From: a virus
Taxonomy: Duplodnaviria; Caudoviricetes
Length of the DNA: 56,598 nt
IMG/VR virus record: IMGVR_UViG_3300030101_003030
Location: 1 to 56,598 of that record
Strand: one strand, 5' to 3'
A model generated the notes under the pieces. That model did no database searches, was not told the origin of the DNA, and saw only the letters and a program-made list of their open reading frames with translations. Below, in pieces: positions 35,401 through 45,300 of the stretch. How positions within the stretch are numbered: the first letter of the stretch is position 1; every line of letters starts with the position of its first letter. The translations under genes and the position numbers were made by a program.

Positions 35401-37104
35401 TCTCAAGCAGGAGAAGTTTTCTTAGACTTCTTTAACTGTTTTGCTTTTGGTAATGGAGTTGAGAGCTATAAGATTGAAGATTCGCTTATAGGTAAATCAT
35501 TTGCTCTTGGTAATAGAGTTACTGCAGTAGCAGCACAAGACTATAAAGAAGCTGATAGATTTGCAGACATTACATATAGTGGTATAGTAAACGATGTAAG
35601 TAATGTAAATAAACTTAATGAGTTTAATCTTGGTTTAGCTAACTATAAGGCTTTAGAAGATACGTATGGATCAATAGAAATATTGCACGCAAGGAAAACG
35701 GACTTGCTTGTTTTACAAGAAGATAGAATATCTTTTGTACAAGTAGGAAAGAACTTGCTAAGTGATGCAGTAGGAGGTGGAGCAGTAACCTCAGTACCTG
35801 AAGTGTTAGGTCAGCAAATAGCAAGACCTGAAGAGTATGGTATAAGCCATAACCCTGAGAGCTTTGCAGTGTATGGATACGATAAATACTTTACTGATGC
35901 CAAGCGTGGAGCAGTATTACAGTTAAGAGGAACATCAGGACCTAATGAAAACTTAATTGTAATATCTGAAGCAGGTATGCGAAGTTGGTTTAGAGACCTG
36001 TTCAATACTTCTTTTAATACACAAAAGTTAGGAGGATACGATCCTTACATGAATGAGTTTGTATTATCATCTAATAATACACTTCTACCTACAGTTGAAG
36101 AGTGTGTTCCTTGTGGAAAAGAAAAACAAATATTTGTTCAAGTAGGTGCACCATATACTTTTTGTATAGATGTTTCAGGTAATGTAGGTGATGTGGCATT
36201 AGCATATAATATTGTCGGAGTGGCAGATATATCTGTGACATACAATTCAGCAGCCTCATCAACAGGAGAAGTTTCAGGGTCAGGAACGCTTACTTTTTCT
36301 AAAGACGTTGTGAATGTAAATACTGCAAGTATAACAATTACAGCAGCAGAAGAAAACGCCTCTATATCATTAACAATTCCTTGCCCTACTATAAAAGAAA
36401 TGGAGATAGTGAGAATAGTTCTTACATCAAATGTAAATGCTAATGAGTCTATTCACAATCAATTTAGATATACAGCAGGGACATATACATCTAGGACTAC
36501 TTCTTCAGGTATGATTTTTAAATCAGGATCGGCCACGCCAATAGTTAGCGAGTACACAAGATTAAAAGGAAGCCAAGGAGATGGGATTATTCCTACTGAT
36601 AGAAGCACAGTTACTATGATTAGTAGTAAGCAAGGATTTGATAATTTTGTGTTTGATACTAATAATAGCAAGTTTAGATTTTTAAGAAGCAATACTTTAT
36701 ATGATGGAGGCTCTTTAGCTGATATGACTACTATGATTGCTGCATCTACTCAAGCATTGCCACTTGTTAGCACAAGAGCACCTCAACAATACTCTGCTGA
36801 CTTTACAATGCCTGCAGGTACAGAAACATATTTATATCTTATATATGACTATAGAGATATTTACCAATGGGGATTATGCTTTGATGCATCAGTGGTATTG
36901 GATGTGTGCTGTAACTGTACACATAATTGGTATCTAGTTAGAAATTCAGCCGATGCTGAAGAAGAATACTTTGCACAATCAGCAGTAGCATTAGTTATTG
37001 GAACACATTATAAATTAAGAGGACTAGGAGATAGATGTTTTGAAGTAATTAGCACAACAACTACTCGTCCAACACAAACAATAGATGTAGCTTGTACACC
37101 ATAA
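32464..37104 (+). CDS. Tail nozzle/stabilisation (beta-propeller) protein with C-terminal extra domains
   Basis: GRMNKAVDER...GEYIDAMN; FFTDDLNPPRKIN; YGISHNPESFA; LGGYDPY. Confidence 0.8.
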   Translation: MPNLKRNFIKGRMNKAVDERLVRDGEYIDAMNVRLGSTEETEIGSVENSKGNLLATPALISFNGHELSTSARCIGAYEDGVNETLYWFVTDSDFNTSGASTGKLDLILSFNIQTNVVTYHVISINDGGGVNTTLNFNSKYLITGVDLIDDMLFFTDDLNPPRKINVTKSYPTPTPSGPTGIDDPTLAEDILVIKAPPVASPTFTLFNSGSQDNFLERRFICFAYRYRYEDNEYSATSQFSDVAFSSRAFGLSFSNFLNLGMLNLFNTATVTYNTGGPLVKGIDLLFKEADNTTIRVIEKIEKFENGTQVISDNIDRTFEFDNSRIYTVLPSSEILRLYDNVPRFAKAQSIMGNRLMYGNYIDGYNLIDKNGNDLRLDYLTELHTEAIDFVSIPNTSVTLSTQAYPFGTPSGNNVATLDLSGLALTEGTVFSFSLEFTHDSFVGTSLGAQTTNKEISFAFTLQQNYTSVQAMINSVEFKNAIGVTGDVLTPISNACNGTSFTDNMRCVLPSTLTTYSKSTTGLTGFSITTPEGMWQVGASGSNNFVVKLLAANFVDSAGLTTIELYKILTVNASWNDTTNARSLHSDRDYEVGIVYMDEFNRATTALVSDNTNTVHVPCDNSDLQNQIKVTLDPTMLAPAWAKRYKWVLKQDKDTYETIFSAFFVKDPNSNYVWFLVEGENANKVAVGDKLKVKTDSNGAVNTCVFTTVLDKQAQPENFLSPSGTTPPSPLSTAGVYVKMNPNNFSAVFDSNSIIDLGLNTSTATSSGQEPSMLYVVNQLDAAGTNYVDFDIPAGSKIEVDIEFIRNGTGNSCGKDSYYFNKTFVAGNTYANMYDWWIGDNVDVTTGVCDFDPNSETCNDNLFDSTNPGPSGGGVPSVTLVPQNSKNKYQFYRLNTNNVLYLGLTSGTPACGAINNDKHSIINCHIKVFRNENVFVFETEAKDTSPDIFYEGALSYPIDANGFHITETNPNEPNNINQTASQAGEVFLDFFNCFAFGNGVESYKIEDSLIGKSFALGNRVTAVAAQDYKEADRFADITYSGIVNDVSNVNKLNEFNLGLANYKALEDTYGSIEILHARKTDLLVLQEDRISFVQVGKNLLSDAVGGGAVTSVPEVLGQQIARPEEYGISHNPESFAVYGYDKYFTDAKRGAVLQLRGTSGPNENLIVISEAGMRSWFRDLFNTSFNTQKLGGYDPYMNEFVLSSNNTLLPTVEECVPCGKEKQIFVQVGAPYTFCIDVSGNVGDVALAYNIVGVADISVTYNSAASSTGEVSGSGTLTFSKDVVNVNTASITITAAEENASISLTIPCPTIKEMEIVRIVLTSNVNANESIHNQFRYTAGTYTSRTTSSGMIFKSGSATPIVSEYTRLKGSQGDGIIPTDRSTVTMISSKQGFDNFVFDTNNSKFRFLRSNTLYDGGSLADMTTMIAASTQALPLVSTRAPQQYSADFTMPAGTETYLYLIYDYRDIYQWGLCFDASVVLDVCCNCTHNWYLVRNSADAEEEYFAQSAVALVIGTHYKLRGLGDRCFEVISTTTTRPTQTIDVACTP

Positions 37105-37115
37105 AAAAATAAAGA

Positions 37116-38051
37116 ATGGCAGCTTTTGGAACATATTATATTGATGCACCAACCCTAGAGGGAGCAACCGCAGTATATACAGATGCAGCACTAACAGTAT
37201 GTGCTACAGATGGAGTATATTCAGATGGTATTATATATCGTCAACAAACCTCTTGCTCATTGGGGGCACCGCTAACTTGCCCAAGTTGTGTGGGTGCTTG
37301 TACAACTCCTATCGCAGGAACAGGAGCACAAGGTGTTTACAATGTGGCTTTCAATGTAGGTACAGGAACGGGAGCAGTGATCATAACTTTCACTCCTACA
37401 GGAGCAGCAGTCCCTAGTGCATTACAAGCTACATTTGATGGAGCAATATACAATGCTTTTAGTACAGCAAACTTTGGATATAAAGCAGGCACTGCAGGAC
37501 TGCCTACGTTTGTAGGTGATACAGCAGCAGACTGTGGTATTGTAGCAGGAAGTCCCTATACGTTAACTGAATATAGTTATTCAGGTGGTGTCTTTTCAGC
37601 TACAGGAAGCACTGTTGTTAAGACAGTAGTTGCAGGTCAGATGCAAATGACAGTAGGCGTTCCGGGAGCTTGTGTAATGGTAGTGCCTAAAACAAGTCTT
37701 ACTGCAAACTTAGACATTGAGATAACATCTCCATGTGGTACGCCACCTGCTTGGTCTATAGCAGCTACTTGCCCTACAGCACTAACAGGCTTCTCATCTA
37801 CTACAGATGTGTCAGCTACTTCAGTTGCTGCTTGTGCCTTGGCTACACCAACAACTTATTATAATGCTCCTGTAACAGGAACGGCAGGTAATCCAAACTT
37901 ATATGATTGGATATTTACAGATGTTAACGGACAGTTTCCTTTAGCATCATTTAAAGGTGCAGGATACTATCATTGGGATGATGGTAGTGCTGCAGGCAGA
38001 TGGATACAAATAGATAGCAATAGTGTTGTAATAAGCACAGGAGCTTGTTAA
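37116..38051 (+). CDS. Cys/Gly/Thr-rich virion accessory (fibre-like) protein
   Basis: Composition; GVYSDG...CPSC; tail region. Confidence 0.7.
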   Translation: MAAFGTYYIDAPTLEGATAVYTDAALTVCATDGVYSDGIIYRQQTSCSLGAPLTCPSCVGACTTPIAGTGAQGVYNVAFNVGTGTGAVIITFTPTGAAVPSALQATFDGAIYNAFSTANFGYKAGTAGLPTFVGDTAADCGIVAGSPYTLTEYSYSGGVFSATGSTVVKTVVAGQMQMTVGVPGACVMVVPKTSLTANLDIEITSPCGTPPAWSIAATCPTALTGFSSTTDVSATSVAACALATPTTYYNAPVTGTAGNPNLYDWIFTDVNGQFPLASFKGAGYYHWDDGSAAGRWIQIDSNSVVISTGAC

Positions 38052-38062
38052 ATTAAAATATA

Positions 38063-38221
38063 ATGGCAAAAAAAGGAAGAACAAAAAACAATAACAAGAT
38101 ATGTCCTGCAGGGATAGCATGGGCAAAAAGAACTTTTGATAGATACCCGTCAGCATATGCAAATATGGCTGCGAGTAAATATTGTAAAGACCCTAATTAC
38201 GCAAAAAAAGATAAACAATAA
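38063..38221 (+). CDS. Small basic protein (52 aa, MAKKGRTK...YPSAYANMAASKYCK)
   Basis: Hand-translated; A-rich start. Confidence 0.8.
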   Translation: MAKKGRTKNNNKICPAGIAWAKRTFDRYPSAYANMAASKYCKDPNYAKKDKQ

Positions 38222-38231
38222 AACAAAAAAA

Positions 38232-38363
38232 ATGGATAAGAAAAAACTACAAAAAATTTCAAGTGAATTGAAAAAAGCGTCTGCTATGCATAAAGGTCAA
38301 GCAGCAAAGATTGATAAAATGCTAAAGAGCATGAAGCCAACTAAAAAAACTAAACGTGGGTGA
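38232..38363 (+). CDS. Small basic protein (43 aa, MDKKKLQKISSELKKAS..HKGQA)
   Basis: Start revised from ORF track. Confidence 0.7.
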   Translation: MDKKKLQKISSELKKASAMHKGQAAKIDKMLKSMKPTKKTKRG

Positions 38364-38595
38364 GTTAAAAAAATGGAGAGATGAGAAGTGGGTTCGTATA
38401 GGAACTGATGGTTCAATACTTGGAGCGTGTGGCACAAGTAAGGATAAAAAAAATCCTGACAGATGCTTACCTTTGAATAAAGCAAAGAGCATGAGCAAGT
38501 CTGAAAGGGCAGCGACAGCTAAAAAGAAAAAAAGATTTGGTAGAAAAAAACAGTTTGTGGCTAATACCAAAGCAGGTAAAGTAACAAGAGGATGA
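38356..38595 (+). CDS. Small basic protein (LKKWRDEKWV...CG...CLP)
   Basis: GTG start overlapping upstream stop. Confidence 0.8.
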   Translation: MGELKKWRDEKWVRIGTDGSILGACGTSKDKKNPDRCLPLNKAKSMSKSERAATAKKKKRFGRKKQFVANTKAGKVTRG

Positions 38596-38885
38596 AAGCA
38601 GATAAATCTAAGATGGCTTGTAATAAAGTTAGACCATCATACAAGCGAGGAAAGAAGAAGATGGTTAAAGCCTGTGAAGGTGGCAAAGAGAAACTTATTC
38701 ACTTTGGTGCTAAGGGTTATGGACACAACTATTCATCTGCTGCAAGAAAAAGTTTTAGGGCACGACATAAATGTGGTACAGCTAAGTCAAAGCTAACTGC
38801 AAGGTATTGGGCGTGTAAACATTTATGGGCAGGCAAAGGCGGCTCAACAAAGAGTTCTCCATCAACAAGACGAGGTAAATATTAA
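38592..38885 (+). CDS. Small basic Cys/His protein (IHFGAKGY...RKSFRARHKC...ARYWAC..LW)
   Basis: Recurrent viral motif; ATGA overlap. Confidence 0.85.
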   Translation: MKADKSKMACNKVRPSYKRGKKKMVKACEGGKEKLIHFGAKGYGHNYSSAARKSFRARHKCGTAKSKLTARYWACKHLWAGKGGSTKSSPSTRRGKY

Positions 38886-38888
38886 GAT

Positions 38889-39701
38889 ATGTCACAAGAA
38901 TATACATTAACATACAGCGAGAGTGCAGGAGGGTTTCCTTCTTTTTATTCATACATTCCTGATAAGATCATAGGAATGAATAACTATCTATATACTTTTA
39001 AGCAAGGTAATTTATATAGACATAATGTTAATGCAGCTAGAAACACATACTACGGAACATACGTTGCTTCTTCAATTACTTCTGTGTTTAATGCAAAGCC
39101 ATTGGAGAATAAGTTATTTAAAACAATTAACCTTGAATCAGATGATGCTTGGAAAACTGCGTTAAGCACTGATATTCAGAGTGGTGCAAATATAGATAGT
39201 ACATTCTTTGAAAAGAAAGAAGGCTCATGGTATGCATATATTAGAAATGTATCATCACCTTATGCAGCTCCTGCGGCAGCTAGTGAGTATGATCTGCGTT
39301 CACTTAATGGTATAGGAAATAGTAGTAATATTCAGGCAGGTGTTCCTGCGGCAGGATCAGCTACTATCTCATTTGCTCTTACCACAAACATCGGAAGCAT
39401 TTTAAGTATAGGTGATTATTTTTATTATGCAGTCGGTGGAGGTACACCTGTATATGTTGGACAGGTTACCGCTATTAATATAAATTTAAGTGGTGGTATT
39501 AATGATGTGGTTATAAATACTTCATCAACAGGAGCTCAACCATTACCTGCAAACCCTGCTTTCTTTTTGTATATCAAAAACTTAGTAGCTGAGTCACATG
39601 GCGTATTAGGTCACTATTGTGAGTTTACTTTAACCAATGAAAGTACAACCGCTACAGAATTGTTTGCAGTAGAGACCGAGATAATGAAAAGTTATCCTTA
39701 A
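38889..39701 (+). CDS. Tail protein, probably the C-terminal part of the nozzle fold
   Basis: TLTYSE...SFYSYIP...YTFKQGNLYRH...KLFKTINLES...KEG.WYAYIR. Confidence 0.7.
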   Translation: MSQEYTLTYSESAGGFPSFYSYIPDKIIGMNNYLYTFKQGNLYRHNVNAARNTYYGTYVASSITSVFNAKPLENKLFKTINLESDDAWKTALSTDIQSGANIDSTFFEKKEGSWYAYIRNVSSPYAAPAAASEYDLRSLNGIGNSSNIQAGVPAAGSATISFALTTNIGSILSIGDYFYYAVGGGTPVYVGQVTAININLSGGINDVVINTSSTGAQPLPANPAFFLYIKNLVAESHGVLGHYCEFTLTNESTTATELFAVETEIMKSYP

Positions 39702-39723
39702 AATTTCTTATCTTTGTATGTAA

Positions 39724-40134
39724 ATGCAATTAAATATAATACCACTCGAACATCATCATTATGATACAGTGCTTGAGAAGTGGTGGAAAGATTGGGGTTG
39801 GGTTCCGCCTAAGCGTGATTTTTTACCTAACGATGGCACAGGAGGAATGATGGTATTAGATGGAAAGATTCCTGTTTGTGCAGGGTTTATGTACGCCACC
39901 AATTCTAAAGTAGCTTGGGTGGATTGGATAATCTCAAACAAGGAGTATAAAGATAGAGTAAAAAGAAAAGAGGCTTTAATGTTATTAATAGATACCATAA
40001 CAAATGTATGCAAGAACACAGGCTTCAAATATTCTTATGCTCTAATTAAACACAAAGCATTAATAAAAACATATGAGGAGTTGGGATATACGCAAGGGGA
40101 TGAGTACAATTCAGAAATGATAAAAGCATTATAA
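39724..40134 (+). CDS. GNAT-like protein preceding ejection genes
   Basis: AWVDWIISN...ALIKTYEELGY; position analogous to T7 gp13. Confidence 0.6.
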   Translation: MQLNIIPLEHHHYDTVLEKWWKDWGWVPPKRDFLPNDGTGGMMVLDGKIPVCAGFMYATNSKVAWVDWIISNKEYKDRVKRKEALMLLIDTITNVCKNTGFKYSYALIKHKALIKTYEELGYTQGDEYNSEMIKAL

Positions 40135-40135
40135 T

Positions 40136-40771
40136 ATGGCAGCAGTAACAACAGCAGTGATAGGAGGGGTAACGGCAGGAGCAGGAATCATTCAAGGTTT
40201 TCAACAAAACAAATTAGCCAAACAAGCAGCCGTTGCTGCTGAGAAGTCAATGGCTGAAGCAAAAAAGAACATTGGTATTATTGAGAGTGAGGCTCGTACC
40301 ATTCCTACTTTAGCTACAGAAAATTTACGTAGACGTTCCGACTTACAATCGGAAGCAATATTGTCAGCAGCACAAGCAGCCGATCCAAGAGGTCTTGCTG
40401 CAGTAGCAGGACAACTTGCTCAAGCTCAAACTGAAAGAGAAGCTAATATAGCAGCTAAAGAAGAACAGCAACTACTTGATATTGAGAAGGATGTGATAGC
40501 TGAAAAGAAAGCTAGAAACCTACAATTAGCTGATATTGATTTAGCTGAGTCGGCTAGACAAAGACAAGAGCAGATGGCAGCAAGAGAAGCGGCTATGAGT
40601 GCTTTCCAAGGTGCTTTAGGATCAGTAGCAGGAACAGTTGGTGCGATAGGTGATATTAAGAATCAAGAAGCTCTTGGAACGATTGAATCGTTTAAAGCTC
40701 AAACAGATAGAATAAAAGCAAATCCTTTATATGCTGTAACAAACGAAAGTATAAAACTTCCCTACGAATAA
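40136..40771 (+). CDS. Internal virion/ejection protein (small, A/Q-rich)
   Basis: N-terminal Gly/Ala hydrophobic segment followed by helical coil. Confidence 0.65.
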   Translation: MAAVTTAVIGGVTAGAGIIQGFQQNKLAKQAAVAAEKSMAEAKKNIGIIESEARTIPTLATENLRRRSDLQSEAILSAAQAADPRGLAAVAGQLAQAQTEREANIAAKEEQQLLDIEKDVIAEKKARNLQLADIDLAESARQRQEQMAAREAAMSAFQGALGSVAGTVGAIGDIKNQEALGTIESFKAQTDRIKANPLYAVTNESIKLPYE

Positions 40772-40784
40772 ATAATATTTTATA

Positions 40785-42320
40785 ATGGCAAAGACAGACA
40801 ATACAAATCCTAGAAGCTACAAAAGAACAGTAGATTGGGGTGCTATAGGTAAGCAGTTTACTGATGCTATCGTAGATACAAAGACCAAGCAAACTGAGAC
40901 AGCAAAGAAAGGCTTTGAGGCACAGAAAGAACGTGCTAAGGTAAAAAGGGAAAGAGCAGAAAGAAAAGAAGTTTTTAAGGATGAAGCCATAGAGTTTGCA
41001 AGACTTCAACGTGCTAATCAGCGTGCCATTCAAACCAATACTAAAAGTAGGAATGATATTACCTTGGCAGTTACTAGTCAAGGTGTTGATAAGTACAATG
41101 AATTGTTTCAAGGATTTAAGTCAGGAAAAATAAGTGAAAGAGAGTTCCTGCGTTCACGACAAAACCTAAAGGATGGGTTTAGTAATTATTTTAGAATAGC
41201 TAAAGAATATAATGACATGAAAGCTAATGCTGAAAAGTCAATAGCAGAAGGAGGATCTAAAACAATTACAGATTTTATGTTAGGTCAGCTTGAGTCATTG
41301 CAGAATACTGAGGAGCTAGAAGTATCATTCACTGACAAAGGACAATGGAATGTAAGTTATTTAGATGGAGTTACTCAAACAAAGCAAGAAATGCCTATCG
41401 AAACATTTGGTGTTATAGGTAGAGTTAACTACAGTGGTTTTGATGAGGAGACAGCAGCTAAAGAAATAGATGATACTATAGGTACGTTTACTAATCAATA
41501 TGGAAATGTAATAAAAATTGATCCTAGAGACAGACCTGACTATGAGAATTTGATAGATAAAAAACTAAATGTAGCACTAGGCAATGCAGGTCAGCTAGCA
41601 TCATATCTTTTAGATAATATTGATGTAGATGAAAATGGTGAACCGTTTGAATTAACTTTTGATCCTAAAGTAGCTGCCACTAATAAAAACTACATCTTAG
41701 TAACTATAAGTAACAATGATAGTGTCCCTACTTTTCAAGTTTCTGATGAAGCAAAAGAGTATGCTAAACAAAAATTAAAAGAACAAGTTGAAGGTCGCTT
41801 TGATATTTCTAAAAAAGTAACTAGAAACAGAGGCGGTGGCAGCAGTAGAGGCGGCGGCGGCGGTGGTGGCACTACATCGAAACCTACTTTTGTTCCCTTG
41901 AGTAGTGATAGGGAGTTGTTTACAAAACTTATAGCATATGAAGATAAAATAGGTGGGGGCGAAGGAAGGTCTAGACTTGAGATTGCAACAGGTGCTATAA
42001 GGGAGAAAAGGTTCCCCATGGAAGAGAGGGATGAAGTAAAAGCTCTTTTAGGTGGAGAGTTTGATAGTGAAGGAAACCTATCTGTAAAAGGTGATAAATA
42101 TTATCGCCCTGCAGTGGTAAGATATTTAGCAAACACAGGGTTTTTGCCACCGGGTACTGAACTAATAACTGAAGAGAAAGATGGCGTTTTAAAAATAAAC
42201 CGAGAGGCATTACAAAAAGCAGATCAATACATAGAGGGTGTGACTACAGGTACAATAACTCCTCCTTCAGGCTCAAACTCAGGGACAGGATCTAAATATA
42301 AAATTGAAGGAAAACCATGA
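40785..42320 (+). CDS. Internal virion/ejection protein (medium)
   Basis: VDWGAIGK, helical, Gly-rich linker; position. Confidence 0.6.
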   Translation: MAKTDNTNPRSYKRTVDWGAIGKQFTDAIVDTKTKQTETAKKGFEAQKERAKVKRERAERKEVFKDEAIEFARLQRANQRAIQTNTKSRNDITLAVTSQGVDKYNELFQGFKSGKISEREFLRSRQNLKDGFSNYFRIAKEYNDMKANAEKSIAEGGSKTITDFMLGQLESLQNTEELEVSFTDKGQWNVSYLDGVTQTKQEMPIETFGVIGRVNYSGFDEETAAKEIDDTIGTFTNQYGNVIKIDPRDRPDYENLIDKKLNVALGNAGQLASYLLDNIDVDENGEPFELTFDPKVAATNKNYILVTISNNDSVPTFQVSDEAKEYAKQKLKEQVEGRFDISKKVTRNRGGGSSRGGGGGGGTTSKPTFVPLSSDRELFTKLIAYEDKIGGGEGRSRLEIATGAIREKRFPMEERDEVKALLGGEFDSEGNLSVKGDKYYRPAVVRYLANTGFLPPGTELITEEKDGVLKINREALQKADQYIEGVTTGTITPPSGSNSGTGSKYKIEGKP

Positions 42321-45300
42321 ACGAAGAAGCAATAAGAGACGGGTATAACTATTTTGTTAGTACAGGATACAATGGGACTTATGATGATTATGTTGCCTTG
42401 ATTAATGGAAATGAAAACGCACTCAATGATACCTATTTACACTTTACATCTACAGGTTATAACGGGGGTATAGATGACTTTAAAACTTTAATGGGTGTTG
42501 GAACTAAGATACAGGAGAAAGTAGAAGTTCAACCTAAAACCCCTATAACTAAAGGAGTAAAAGGAGTTGCTTCTGAAATATTAAATATTAAAAAAAAAGA
42601 AGATACGGAATCAGCATCAGAGGATGGTTCATTGGTATCACCAAAAGCTACTACAGTTGAGGAATTTAAAGAGATGTATATGGGTAAAAGTGACCCCATA
42701 ACAGTAGAGCAGGCAAGTAAAAAAATAGATTTTAATTCTCTTAAAACTGAAGAAGAACGAGTAACCTATTCCAATATGGATGAGGAAACTAAACGTACAT
42801 ACAATAATTTATCGGATGAAATAAATAGACTTCAAACAAAACTAGATGATCAACTTAAACAACCATCTAATCCTTTTCAAGAGCAGTCTATTGCTAATAC
42901 TAAAAATCAATTATCTTTTAATAAAAAAACAAGAGAATTATTATATAATCAGAATAAACCTGTTGATCCCATACTTGGACCCCAAGATGATGTGAATTGG
43001 TTTAGTGAAAGTGTAGAAAAAATAGTTAATCCAAGACTGATAGCAGGTGAAGGAGCATTATCAGGAGGGATAGAAGAAACTGTAGTCAATCAATTAAATT
43101 ATACTTTTGGTGATTATGGTTTTAAATTTGAAGAGGCAGATTACTTGGGCGATGGGATGAATGTATATACTGCTACAGGTGAAAAGCTCTATATTGATTT
43201 AGATAATTTTACAGATGCTAATAATAAAAAAGAATCTGAAAAACTTAAAAAGTTTTTATACGATAATAAAAGGTCTAGTGAACTTGCATATTCTATGGAT
43301 AAAGGCCCTATAAGAAAAACCAAAAAGTATAGGGACGAGAAAGAACTGCAACGTGAGATGAAAATGTTTCAGTATAAAACAAATCAATTTCAAAAAGAAA
43401 CTCAAGATTTTATAAATAAAAGAATATCTTTTGAAGAAAAAGTAAAAGAGTTTAACAAAAAGGCACAAAAAGAAGGGGCCACTGAAGAGAATATTTTATT
43501 GCAACAAGAAATTATTAAAGAGCAAGAAGAATTAACTGCAGAAGCAAAGTTGTTAGAAGAAAAAAATAATGATTTTGCAGGAAGAGGACAGGAGATAGAT
43601 AAGCTCACAGCAGAATATTATAATGTTCTTGAAGATAGAGGAGGTTTCTTTGGAACTACAAACTCTATGTTTATGGAGGGAGTGGGAGAGATAGTAGCAG
43701 GAGCAGTGGAGACAGGAAGAATGCTACCTGAAATAATAGGTGATACATTAACTTTTATTTCAGGCAAAGCATTACAAGGAGTAGGATATGTAACAGGAGA
43801 GGACATTGAAATGAAGGATGTTAATATCATTCCTACTTCAGCACTTATAGACAACTATGATTACTATCTTTTAGAAGCAGCAAAAGAAAAAGGATACAAA
43901 TCTATTGATGAACTTCCTCCAAATATTAAAAATGAAATAGATCGTGACCTTAGAGATAAAGCAATCAAGACACAGTTATATGGAAAGAAAGGTCAAAGCA
44001 ATCCTTATTCTAAATATACCAATCAATTACTTAAAGACAGAAGCGGAGGTGTATTAGATAATATAAGAGATGGTTTTAGAACAGCGTTAGGAGAAACATC
44101 AACAAGACAATATGATGAAGACTTTCAAAACTCATGGCTTGGTCAAGTGTATGCCGGAACTATTAAATCTGTTCCTGCCATTTTATCTTTATTCTTAAAT
44201 CCTGTATCAGCAGGAACTAAAGCAAGTACAATAGCAAAGAGAGCGTTGAACCCAAAAGAAAGTTGGGCATTGATATTTCAATCTCAAGATGCTATCAGTC
44301 AGCAAATGAATACTGCTGAGTTTGAAAACGTAAGTGAGACAGAGAAACTTGCAGTGTCAGTTCCTATTGCTCTAACTACTGCTACTCTAGAAAATATTGG
44401 GTTTCGTAACATGAGTAAGTTGAAAGGTTTTACCAATGGTATTCTAATGAGGGCTTTAGGTAGGACAGGAGGTAAGCAGGTAACAGCCAAAACATTTGAA
44501 GAGATAATTAAAAATGAAGTAAAAAGTTTAACAGCAAAAGGTCTTCTTACTATGGGTGCTATGGGAGCGGCTGAGTTTGAAACAGGACTTGCTCAAGAGT
44601 TTGCAGACGTTACAGTTAAACAAATTTACAATGCTGTTAAAGGATCTGAAATGTTTGAGACTCCTGAATCATTAGCTGAATACACTTTACAATTATTAAA
44701 TAGTGGAGCTCAAGAGGCAGTAGGTGCACAGATTTTAGGTATGCCTAAAACTGTTTCTGTATTGGCAAGTAAAAATGATTTGAAAGCTGCTGACAATGCG
44801 ACATGGAATTTGTTTACCAACCTAAATAACAAGCCTACATTTTTAGGTTTATTCAAAGAACATTTAGAGGTAGAGATTCGTAATAAAAGAATGAGTGCTG
44901 CAGAAGCTAAAAGAGTTTTTGAAACTTACAAAAACACTACGCAGGCTTATGAGCAAATACCTAAAGATATGTCACGTGAAGCTCAGAAAGAATCTGTTGA
45001 TTTGATAATGAGAAGACAGGCTTTAGAAGAAAGTAAAAGAGATAAGAACCCTAATCTTGTTGTACCTATTGACAATGAGATACAGGCAATCGACAATAGG
45101 TTAAAAGAAATATCAGAACAGGATGCCATTCAAAAGCAAAGCACAGGAAAAGTGGATGCGAATCAACAAACCTCGGATGCACAAACAGTGGAGACAGGAG
45201 AATCCACAACAGAGTCTCAAAAACTTACCGGAGAGGAACTCCAAGATCAGGAAGCAGATGCAGTCCAAGAGGTAACTGAAGAAGAAGTTAAAAAAGAAAT

